Source: an uncultured Alphaproteobacteria bacterium (GTDB lineage: Bacteria; Pseudomonadota; Alphaproteobacteria; Caulobacterales; Caulobacteraceae). From it: a stretch of 64,000 bases of DNA. Positions 56,359-64,000 of this stretch are shown here, piece after piece. The notes beneath the pieces were generated by a model. It was not told the origin of the DNA. It made no database searches and saw nothing but the letters and a program-made list of their open reading frames with translations. The translations under genes and the position numbers were made by a program. Numbering within the stretch: position 1 is the stretch's first letter; each line of letters opens with the position of its first letter. The stretch is from positions 3,441,565 to 3,505,564 of the forward strand of contig OW818694.1 in the NCBI GenBank assembly GCA_942493205.1, in the 5' to 3' direction.

Positions 56359-56425
56359 GGGGGACTCCACGCGCTGGCAAGCGGCCAGAATGGCCTTTCG
56401 CCAACCGGAGCGAAAGGGGGCGAGG

Positions 56426-57757
56426 CTAGAAGCGCGTCCTCGGCAGCGTCGCCCTGAAAACCCGGATCGGCGGCGGCTCCGGCAGGGACAGCTTGCCATC
56501 CGGGCCACGGTCGGCCCAGCGGGCGTGCCCCACGAACACGACCTCGTCCCTGTCCACCGCGGCGAGTGTGATGTCGTCGAGCCCGGGCAGGTTGGCGGCC
56601 ACCGGCACGGCGCCTTCGACCGCGTCGCAGCCGGCGCTGATGCGCAGCAGCATGACCCGCTGGGGCAGGACGCCGTTCTGGGTGACGATCACGGCCATCG
56701 GAAGCGGCGAGGCGTTGCGCAGGCCGAAGTCGCCGTCCGGCGCGACGACAAGGCCGTCCGTCCCGGCCATGCCGGTCCGCAGGCCCGCGAGCGGCGCGGT
56801 CCCGCCGGTCTCCAGGTCGACACGGTGCAGGCCCGTGGAATAGTCGGCGACCATCATCGCGCCCTCGCCGGGGCAGATCGCCATGCCCTGCGGCGAGGCG
56901 AAGGCGCCGGGCGCAACGACCTGCTCGAGGGTCACCCTGCCGGCCTTCAGCCGCCAGAGGCCGCCACCGGTCGAGTCCGTGGCATAGACCGTTCCATCGG
57001 CGGTCAGGACGACATCGCCGAACTGATGCCGGTCGCCGTCCTCGGGAAGATAGACGCGCGCCAGGATACGGCCTGTGGCCAGTGAAACCTTCAGCAGGCC
57101 GGTCTTCGACGCGCCGGAGCCGTCGGGCAGGTCGGCGCCCCAGGCCTCGGCGGCCCAAAGCACGCCGCGCTTGCGGTCCACGGCCATGCCGAAGATCGCA
57201 CCGGTCTCTGCGTCGGCCTGCAGGAAGGGCGTCGCCTCGCCCGCCCCGAGCCGCACGATGGTGCGGCCGGAGACCGTGCTCAGCAGCCAGCCCTTGCCGT
57301 CGTGGGCCAGGCCCTCGCCGATGAACTCGGGATCGCTGGTGATCGAGCCGACCTCAGTGAGTTCGCCGAAAGCGGTCCTGTTCTGGTCGAACACCACCGC
57401 GACCTCCGCCCAGCGGGGCAGGGCGGTCAGATCCTTGAGGGCCGGGTCGCCCGGCACGTCATAGAGCTGGCCCATGCGGGCGTAGATCTCGACATTGGCC
57501 AGCGCCGCGTCGGCCTTGCCCGCCGCCGCCTGGACGCGGGCCAGCCGGATGTAGGAGCCGGAGACGTCGGGGTAGAGCGCCAGCGCCTGCTCCAGCGCGC
57601 GCTCGGCCCCGGCCAGGTCGCCGGCCTGGGCCGCGGCGACGCCTTCGCGCCGCAGGCGCTGATACTGCTCCGTGCGCGTCTCCGGCGCCTCGGCCGCGCC
57701 GCACAGCAGGACCGCCGCCAGCGCCGCCGCGACAGCTTTAGCCGTGCGGACTGACAT
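56426..57757 (-). CDS. secreted TPR + beta-propeller (SMP-30/NHL-like) repeat protein
   Basis: The signal peptide reads MSVRTAKAVAAALAAVLLCGAAEA. A TPR-like segment (AGDLAGAERALEQALALYPD) follows, then repeated ..DG..Y..D..GGLWR-type blades. The fold call is tentative. Confidence 0.6.
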   Translation of the reverse strand: MSVRTAKAVAAALAAVLLCGAAEAPETRTEQYQRLRREGVAAAQAGDLAGAERALEQALALYPDVSGSYIRLARVQAAAGKADAALANVEIYARMGQLYDVPGDPALKDLTALPRWAEVAVVFDQNRTAFGELTEVGSITSDPEFIGEGLAHDGKGWLLSTVSGRTIVRLGAGEATPFLQADAETGAIFGMAVDRKRGVLWAAEAWGADLPDGSGASKTGLLKVSLATGRILARVYLPEDGDRHQFGDVVLTADGTVYATDSTGGGLWRLKAGRVTLEQVVAPGAFASPQGMAICPGEGAMMVADYSTGLHRVDLETGGTAPLAGLRTGMAGTDGLVVAPDGDFGLRNASPLPMAVIVTQNGVLPQRVMLLRISAGCDAVEGAVPVAANLPGLDDITLAAVDRDEVVFVGHARWADRGPDGKLSLPEPPPIRVFRATLPRTRF

Positions 57758-58289
57758 AGGGGCTGACCATGCCGAGCGGGACGGCGGTGGTGTTCTTCAC
57801 GCCGCGGATGACGATCCGGCTCTCGATGTTGGACACCAGGCCCAGCGACAGGATCTTGTCGCGCAGGAAGTCGTCGAAGGCGTGCATGTCGCGGGTGACG
57901 ATGCGCAGCTCGTAGTCGGCGGCGCCGGTCACCGTGGCGCACTGGGTGACCTCGGGCCAGCGCACGACGTTGGACTCGAACAGTTCGAGGTTCTCCTTGG
58001 TCGGCAGCGACAGCTTGACGGTGCAATAGACTTCGAAGCGCAGGCCCAGTTGCTCGCGGTCCAGGATCGTCACCCGGCGCTGGATGATGCCCGCGTCCTC
58101 GAGACGCTTGATCCGCCGCCAGCACGGACTGGACGACAGGCCGACCCGCTCGGCGATTTCGGCGACCGACAGGCTGGCGTCGTGCTGGATGAGATCGAGA
58201 ATCTTTGCGTCAACCGCGTCTAGCTGCTCGGACAAACCTTTTTCCCCCAATAGGCCATTACGCGCCCCGATCATGCCGAACGCACCCAT
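57738..58289 (-). CDS. Lrp/AsnC family transcriptional regulator
   Basis: LDAVDAKILDLIQHDASLSVAEIAERVGLSSSPCWRRIKRLEDAGIIQRRVTILD. The start is uncertain (58274, 58289 or 58361). Confidence 0.9.
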   Translation of the reverse strand: MGAFGMIGARNGLLGEKGLSEQLDAVDAKILDLIQHDASLSVAEIAERVGLSSSPCWRRIKRLEDAGIIQRRVTILDREQLGLRFEVYCTVKLSLPTKENLELFESNVVRWPEVTQCATVTGAADYELRIVTRDMHAFDDFLRDKILSLGLVSNIESRIVIRGVKNTTAVPLGMVSPYVSPHG

Positions 58290-58376
58290 GAAAGGGGCAC
58301 GGCTTTGGCAAGCAATTTCGCCGTGCTTATATGATCTTGCAAGCGTCAGAACGAGCGCCAAGGGAAAGATTTTTCA

Positions 58377-61300
58377 ATGCGGCACCAAGATGTGACGCTG
58401 GACGACAAATATCTTCTCGAAGATGGCCGTGCGTTCATCACCGGCGTGCAGGCCCTGATCCGGGTCATGCTCGACCGCCGTCGCCTCGATGAGCGCGACG
58501 GCCTGAACACGGCCGGCTACATTTCCGGCTACCGCGGCTCGCCGCTGGGCGGCCTGGACCAGCAGGCGGCGCGGGCCGGCAAGCTGCTCAAGAGCCATGA
58601 GATCGTCTTCCAGGAAGGCCTCAACGAGGACCTCGCCGCCACCGCGGTCTGGGGCAGCCAGCAGGCCAACCTGTTCCCGGGCGCGAAGTACGATGGCGTC
58701 AGCGCCATGTGGTACGGCAAGGCGCCGGGCGTCGACCGCACCGGCGACGTCTTCAAACACGCCAACTTCGCCGGGGTTATGCCCAGGGGCGGCGTGCTGG
58801 CCGTGGCCGGCGACGACCACAACTGTAAGTCCTCGACCCTGCCCAGCCAGTCGGAGTTCGCCTTCCAGGACTTCGAGATGCCGGTGCTGTCGCCGGCCGA
58901 CGTCCAGGAGGTGCTCGACTACGGCATTCTCGGCCTCTCCATGTCGCGCTTCAGCGGCCTGTGGGTCGGGCTGATCGCGCTGGCCGACACCATGGACAGC
59001 GGCGTGACCATCGACGTGTCGCTGGACCGCCACAAGGTGGTGACCCCCGACAACTTCCCGATGCCGCCGGGCGGGCTGCATATCCGCACCAAGGATCAGC
59101 CGCTGGAGAAGGAGACCCGTCTCCGCAACCACAAGCTTCCCGCCGCCCTCGCCTTCGCCCGCGCCAACGGCATCGACCGGCTCGTGCTGGCCTCGCCGCG
59201 CCCGCGCCTGGGCATCGTCTGCCAGGGCCAGGCCTACAAGGACGTGCTTGAGGCCTTCCAGGCCATGGGTATCACCCTCGACGAGGCCGCCGCCCTCGGC
59301 GTCTCGATCTACAAGGTCGGCATGCCCTGGCCGCTGGAGCCGCAGGGCCTGCGCGCCTTCGCCGCCGGCCTCGAGACCCTGATGGTCATCGAGCACAAGC
59401 GGGCCCTGATCGAGCCCCAGGCCCGCGCGGCCCTCTACGACCTGCCCGCCCACGCCCGTCCGAACGTCATCGGCAAGAAGGACGAGCACGGCCAGCCGCT
59501 CATGGAGGACACCGGCTCGCTGTCGGTCGCCGCCATCGCGCTGGACCTCTACGACCGCCTGCCGGCAGGACCGCACAAGGAGCGGGCCCAGGGCTACATC
59601 GACCGCGTGTCCGCCTCGGGCGTCGCCGCCGTCAGCCTGGCCGCCGACCAGCAGCGCAAGCCGTTCTTCTGTTCGGGCTGCCCGCACAACACCTCGACCC
59701 GCGTGCCGGAAGGGTCACGCGCCCTGGCCGGCATCGGCTGCCACTACATGGCCAGCTTCAACGACCCCTCGACCGACCTGAACACCCACATGGGCGGCGA
59801 GGGCCTGACCTGGGTCGGCGCCGCGCCGTTCACCACCGAGAAGCACGTCTTCCAGAACCTGGGCGACGGCACCTACAACCACTCCGGCTCGCTGGCGATC
59901 CGCGGCGCGATCGCGGCGAAGGCCAACATCACCTACAAGCTGCTGTTCAACGACGCCGTGGCCATGACCGGCGGCCAGGCGGCCGAGAGCGGCTTCACCC
60001 CGGCCCAGATCACCCGGCAGCTGGCCGCCGAGGGCGTGAAGAAGACCGTCATCGTCGTCGACGACGTCGCCCGCTACGAAGGGGTCAAGGATCTGGCGCC
60101 CGGCGTGGAGGTGCATCCCCGCGGCGACCTGATGAAGGTCCAGCAGGCGCTGCGCGAGACCGAGGGCGTCACGGTCCTGCTCTATGACCAGACCTGCGCC
60201 ACCGAAAAGCGCCGGCGCCGCAAGCGCGGCCTGATGGCCAAGGCGCCGCAGCGCGTCTTCATCAATCCGCTGGTCTGCGAGGGCTGCGGTGACTGCAGCA
60301 AGAAGAGCAACTGCGTCTCGGTCGAGCCGCTGAACACCGAGTTCGGCCGCAAGCGGAAGATCAACCAGTCGACCTGTAACCAGGACTACAGCTGCGTCGA
60401 CGGCTTCTGCCCGTCCTTCATAACGCTCGAGGGGGCGGAAAACGCCACCACCACGAAGATGGCGGCCCTGACCGCCGACGCGACGCCGCTGCCGGAGTTC
60501 GAGCCGCTGGAGGGGGTGCGTCGCATCGTCTTCACCGGCATCGGCGGGACCGGCGTGACCACCGTCGCCTCGATCCTGGCCATGGCCGCCCACGTCGACG
60601 GCCGCGCCGCCAGCGTCGTCGACATGACCGGTCTGGCCCAGAAGGGCGGCTCGGTGTTCAGCCATGTGAAGATCGGCGAGCGCGAGGACACCGTGGTCGG
60701 CGGCCGGGTTCCGGCGGCGACGACCGACGTGCTGATCGCCTGCGACCTGCTGGTGGCCGCCAGCCCGGACGGTCTGGCGCTGTTCTCCAAGAAGGTGACG
60801 CGGGCGTTCGGCAACGCCGACTTCTCGCCCACCGCCGACTTCGTCACCAACCGCGACGTCCGCTTCGACACCGCCCGCATGGCCCGTCGGATCACCGCGG
60901 CGACGAAGAGCTATGAGGCCTGTCCCTCGCAGGCGCTGGCCGAACACAAGCTGGGCGACGGCATCTACGCCAACATGATCATGCTCGGCTTCACCTGGCA
61001 GAAGGGCGTGATCCCGGTCTCCAGCCGCGCGCTGTACCGGGCCATCAAGCTGAACGGCGTCGACTACGAGTCCAACCTGCAGGCCTTCGAGGTCGGCCGG
61101 AAGGCGGCGATGGATCCCGAGTTCCGGGGCCTGCCCGAAGACTCGGTTCCGACCCCGGACACCATGCCGCTCGCCGATCTGATCGCGAAGCGGACCGCCG
61201 AACTGACCGCCTACCAGGACGCCGGCTACGCCGCCCGCTACCGCGGGCGGGTCGACCAGGTCCGGGCCGCCGAGGCCGGACTCGGAGAGGGCGACGCCCT

Positions 61301-61793
61301 GACCCGGGCCGTGGCGATCAACCTCTACAAGCTGATGGCCTACAAGGACGAGTACGAGGTCGCGCGCCTCTACACCGATGGCCGGTTCGCGGCGGAGCTG
61401 GCCGGCACGTTCAAGGGCGGCAAGGCCAAGGTCTGGATGTCCCCGCCGCTGATCGCGCCCAAGGGGCCGGACGGCAAGCCGAAGAAGATCGCGCTCGGCG
61501 GCTGGATGATCGACCTGGTCTTCCCGGTCCTGACGCGGATGAAGGGCCTGCGCGGCGGTCCGCTGGACATCTTCGGCATGACCGAGGAGCGCAGGATGGA
61601 GCGTGGCCTGATCGTCTCCTACGAGGCGCAGCTGGACCGCATCCTCGCCGGCCTGACGGCCGAGCGCCTGCCGCTGGCCGCCCGCATCGCGGCGGTCCCG
61701 CAGCAGATCCGCGGCTTTGGCCACATCAAGGACGCTTCGGTGAAAGTCGCCAAGGCTGATGAGGCGGCGCTGTGGGCGGAGTGGGACCAGTAG
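58377..61793 (+). CDS. indolepyruvate ferredoxin oxidoreductase family protein (fused alpha/beta)
   Basis: The 1138-aa protein reads VTLDDKYLLEDGRAFITGVQALIRVMLDRRRLDERDGLNTAGYISGYRGSPLGG.. The 4Fe-4S motif reads CEGCGDCSKKSNCVS. The gene is divergent from Lrp. Confidence 0.92.
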   Translation: MRHQDVTLDDKYLLEDGRAFITGVQALIRVMLDRRRLDERDGLNTAGYISGYRGSPLGGLDQQAARAGKLLKSHEIVFQEGLNEDLAATAVWGSQQANLFPGAKYDGVSAMWYGKAPGVDRTGDVFKHANFAGVMPRGGVLAVAGDDHNCKSSTLPSQSEFAFQDFEMPVLSPADVQEVLDYGILGLSMSRFSGLWVGLIALADTMDSGVTIDVSLDRHKVVTPDNFPMPPGGLHIRTKDQPLEKETRLRNHKLPAALAFARANGIDRLVLASPRPRLGIVCQGQAYKDVLEAFQAMGITLDEAAALGVSIYKVGMPWPLEPQGLRAFAAGLETLMVIEHKRALIEPQARAALYDLPAHARPNVIGKKDEHGQPLMEDTGSLSVAAIALDLYDRLPAGPHKERAQGYIDRVSASGVAAVSLAADQQRKPFFCSGCPHNTSTRVPEGSRALAGIGCHYMASFNDPSTDLNTHMGGEGLTWVGAAPFTTEKHVFQNLGDGTYNHSGSLAIRGAIAAKANITYKLLFNDAVAMTGGQAAESGFTPAQITRQLAAEGVKKTVIVVDDVARYEGVKDLAPGVEVHPRGDLMKVQQALRETEGVTVLLYDQTCATEKRRRRKRGLMAKAPQRVFINPLVCEGCGDCSKKSNCVSVEPLNTEFGRKRKINQSTCNQDYSCVDGFCPSFITLEGAENATTTKMAALTADATPLPEFEPLEGVRRIVFTGIGGTGVTTVASILAMAAHVDGRAASVVDMTGLAQKGGSVFSHVKIGEREDTVVGGRVPAATTDVLIACDLLVAASPDGLALFSKKVTRAFGNADFSPTADFVTNRDVRFDTARMARRITAATKSYEACPSQALAEHKLGDGIYANMIMLGFTWQKGVIPVSSRALYRAIKLNGVDYESNLQAFEVGRKAAMDPEFRGLPEDSVPTPDTMPLADLIAKRTAELTAYQDAGYAARYRGRVDQVRAAEAGLGEGDALTRAVAINLYKLMAYKDEYEVARLYTDGRFAAELAGTFKGGKAKVWMSPPLIAPKGPDGKPKKIALGGWMIDLVFPVLTRMKGLRGGPLDIFGMTEERRMERGLIVSYEAQLDRILAGLTAERLPLAARIAAVPQQIRGFGHIKDASVKVAKADEAALWAEWDQ

Positions 61794-61851
61794 TCGGCGG
61801 TTGCGCGCCGACAGGCTGACGGCGATACTTCCTCAGGATTGGGGGGGTGAC

Positions 61852-62988
61852 ATGCGTAGCCTTGTAGTTGTCCTGGCGATGGCCGCCATCGCATCGCCGG
61901 CCTTTGGCCAGACGCCGCAATCGATGCCGCCCTCCGGGCAGACGGCGCGGTCGGCCCCCCAGAGCGTCTGGCTGGAGACCGAAGGCGGCGGCCTTGAGCA
62001 TCAGCAGTCAGGGATGGTCTGTCCGCCGACGCTGGACGTGTTCCAGCGCAAGGCGGCGCGGGTCTACGACGGCGTCGGGCTGGACGTCGGCTGCGAGTAC
62101 GCGGCGCCGGGCTCGGCGTTCCAGGTCTACCTGACCCGCCGCGGCGCCGGGAGCGTCTCCGGGGCGCTGGAGGAGGCCAGGCAGGACCTGGTCCGGGACG
62201 GGGCCGACCGCCATCCCGTCCACCTTGGCGACGAACAGCTGACGCAGGACGGCCTGACCTGGAGCGTGGCCCGCTACTCCGAAGACGGCGGCCTGCTGTC
62301 CGACATCCGGGTGGCGGAGCTGAGCGGCTGGCTCGTCCAGTACCGCACCACCTCGACGACCGCCGGCCAACCGACCGGAGCCCGGGGCGTGAGCGCCATG
62401 ACCGCCGGCCTGATGGCCAGCGCCGGGCCACGGCTGGCGCTCTGCGACAAGGCTCCCGCCGCCGTGCGCGACGGACGGCGGGTCACTGATACCAAGCAGA
62501 TGAAGGAAGACGCGCTGATGTCGGCCATTCTCGGGGGCGCCCTGCTGGGTGTGGCCGAGGACAAGCCCGCGCGCGGCCGCAAGCCCAGGAAGGGCGACGA
62601 CGACCTCGTCCAGCCGATCGTCTGGTGCCCCGAGCAGGTCGTGACCCGCGAGGTGTTCCGCATGCTGCTCTGGCGGGGCCTGTTTGCGAGCGGCGGCGAC
62701 GCCAACGTGGACCGGCTGACCCTGGTCAGCAAGACCCGGCCGCCGACGCTGGAGATCGGCGTCGAGGGGCTGGCGGGCCTTGTCCGCGAGAAGGAAAAGG
62801 GCCCGCCGCAATGGACGGCCACGGTCAACCGCGGCGCCCAGGTCTTGATCTACGGCTACTTCGAGGGGCGTCCGACCGCCGATGACGCCACGGCCCTGTT
62901 CGCGGATATTCTCGCGGGCAGGACCGAGGCGATCGGCGGCTACGGCGCTGATGGCGGGAACATCACCATCATCATGCCGCCCGACTAG
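61852..62988 (+). CDS. hypothetical secreted protein (378 aa)
   Basis: The internal ATG follows the SD sequence GGGGGGTGA. The signal peptide reads MRSLVVVLAMAAIASPAFGQ. I recognised no domain. Confidence 0.55.
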   Translation: MRSLVVVLAMAAIASPAFGQTPQSMPPSGQTARSAPQSVWLETEGGGLEHQQSGMVCPPTLDVFQRKAARVYDGVGLDVGCEYAAPGSAFQVYLTRRGAGSVSGALEEARQDLVRDGADRHPVHLGDEQLTQDGLTWSVARYSEDGGLLSDIRVAELSGWLVQYRTTSTTAGQPTGARGVSAMTAGLMASAGPRLALCDKAPAAVRDGRRVTDTKQMKEDALMSAILGGALLGVAEDKPARGRKPRKGDDDLVQPIVWCPEQVVTREVFRMLLWRGLFASGGDANVDRLTLVSKTRPPTLEIGVEGLAGLVREKEKGPPQWTATVNRGAQVLIYGYFEGRPTADDATALFADILAGRTEAIGGYGADGGNITIIMPPD

Positions 62989-62989
62989 G

Positions 62990-64000
62990 TCAGGCGACCT
63001 TGTCGAGCGTCGCCGCCCTGGGCCCCAGCGGCCGGGCCGCGTCGCGCTCGGCCACCAGTGCGGCATGGAGCGCCGTGTCGCCGGCGCGGCGGGCCGCCTC
63101 GATCAGGGTCAGGTCGATGATGTCACGCTGGGCGTGGCTGCCGCCGAAGCGGCCGGCCCGGTTGCGCACCGGGCGCAGCGCCTCGACCGCGCCCTTCCAG
63201 TCGCCATCGGCGAAGGCGGTGATGCCGTTGACGACCGGCGCGCCGACTTCGCCCACGAAGCACGCGTTGTCGCCGGGACCGGCGACGGCGCGGGCCTGGG
63301 CGTCCTTCAGCGCGGCGAGCGCCGCCCGGTCGCCGACGCCGGCATAGGCCATGGCCGCGTGGGCGTCGTTGAAGGCGTAGGTGCTCTGGCCGCCCGACGT
63401 CGCCTGCCAGCTTTGCGCCAGAGGCTGCCAGCGGTCGCCGACGTCGACGCCCAGCAGGTGCAGGCGCCACAGCAGGGCCGAGGCATCCACCATGTCGAAG
63501 GCCAGGGTCGAGCGGGCGCCCCAGATGGGACCGTCATAGAGGTCGAGGACTTCCGCGGTTTCGCCCAGACCGAGGTGGAACAGGGCCAGGTGCCACCAGT
63601 TGTGGACCGCGAAGAAGCTTTCGTGCGTCCAGCGCTTGATGTCCTGGCGCATCCAGTGGACGCCGTCCTCGCGGCGATCCTGCATTTCCATGACGTGAGC
63701 GACGGCGTGCTGGGCCCAGCCGTTTCGCGGCTCGAGGTCTATGGCCAGTCGGCCGGCGGCCTCGGCGCGGTCATAGAGACCCGTCTCCTCCAGCCCGAAG
63801 GCTAGCATGCCCTGGACGGCGTGATAGCCGGGCATGGACCGGTCCCAGGCCGGCAGGGCGCGGCCGATGCGGTCGCGCAGCATGCGGGACTCGCCCAGCA
63901 GGAAGTCGGTCAGCTGGCCGGCCTGCAAGGCCAGGGCGTCGCGCGGATACGCGATGGCGACGTCCTCGAGGATGCGGGCCGCGCCGCGCAGGTCGCCCTG
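62990..64000 (-). CDS. TPR protein, TTC38-like family; N-terminus beyond the window end
   Basis: ..GMLAFGLEETGLYDRAEAAGRLAIDLEPRNGWAQHAVAHVMEMQDRREDGVHWM..HNWWHLALFHL. The frame remains open to position 64000. Confidence 0.7.
   Translation of the reverse strand, partial: QGDLRGAARILEDVAIAYPRDALALQAGQLTDFLLGESRMLRDRIGRALPAWDRSMPGYHAVQGMLAFGLEETGLYDRAEAAGRLAIDLEPRNGWAQHAVAHVMEMQDRREDGVHWMRQDIKRWTHESFFAVHNWWHLALFHLGLGETAEVLDLYDGPIWGARSTLAFDMVDASALLWRLHLLGVDVGDRWQPLAQSWQATSGGQSTYAFNDAHAAMAYAGVGDRAALAALKDAQARAVAGPGDNACFVGEVGAPVVNGITAFADGDWKGAVEALRPVRNRAGRFGGSHAQRDIIDLTLIEAARRAGDTALHAALVAERDAARPLGPRAATLDKVA

Noticed and set aside
58290-58376. sigma54-like TGGCAA-N5-TTCG and a GCACGGC/GCCGTGC inverted repeat in the Lrp/IOR intergenic region
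   Set aside because: The -12 element is TTCG rather than TTGC. A divergent Lrp-regulated sigma70 promoter is the simpler explanation. The inverted repeat may be an Lrp-region operator, but I cannot support that from the sequence alone.
58374-61724. minus-strand ORFs of 437 and 669 aa
   Set aside because: They are antisense to the indolepyruvate ferredoxin oxidoreductase gene.

Overview
Very GC-rich alphaproteobacterial chromosome segment with Caulobacter-type gene order; GC content and taxonomy were judged by eye, not computed. Three blocks are visible. (1) 1-21.6 kb is a flagellar regulon. flgK (flaN) runs divergently from a fliK-like/flgD/flgE hook operon, and the intergenic region carries two facing sigma54 (-24/-12) promoters and ftr-like dyads. 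Next come sciP (DUF1153), then fliF-fliG-flbE-fliN-flbD-flhA. A 5.8-kb non-flagellar insert follows (TetR, SRPBCC, crotonase, PRC-barrel-like secreted proteins, DUF4282, GH10 xylanase), then fliJ-fliI on the opposite strand. fliG appears interrupted by a 1-nt insertion in a G4 run. (2) 21.6-46.5 kb holds housekeeping and accessory metabolism: VOC, HxlR, a Pro/Arg-rich lipoprotein, thiolase, tandem secreted YbjN-like paralogs, aminotransferase-amidase-quinone oxidoreductase, an LLM oxidoreductase, and a large fatty-acid beta-oxidation cluster. (3) 45.5-64 kb holds adenine/adenosine deaminase and a URC-type (URC1-like GTP cyclohydrolase II + DUF1688/URC4-like + upp) putative pyrimidine catabolic cluster. 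After it come uvrC, pgsA, pirin, an Lrp-regulated indolepyruvate ferredoxin oxidoreductase, and several secreted hypotheticals. The intergenic space is densely populated by at least three families of palindromic REP/MITE-like elements, including a 44-bp near-perfect palindrome with compensatory arm changes. Several of these elements donate start or stop codons to neighbouring genes. I found no rRNA, tRNA, CRISPR array, transposase or integrase. Many long ORFs in the track are antisense or shadow frames typical of high-GC DNA and were rejected.
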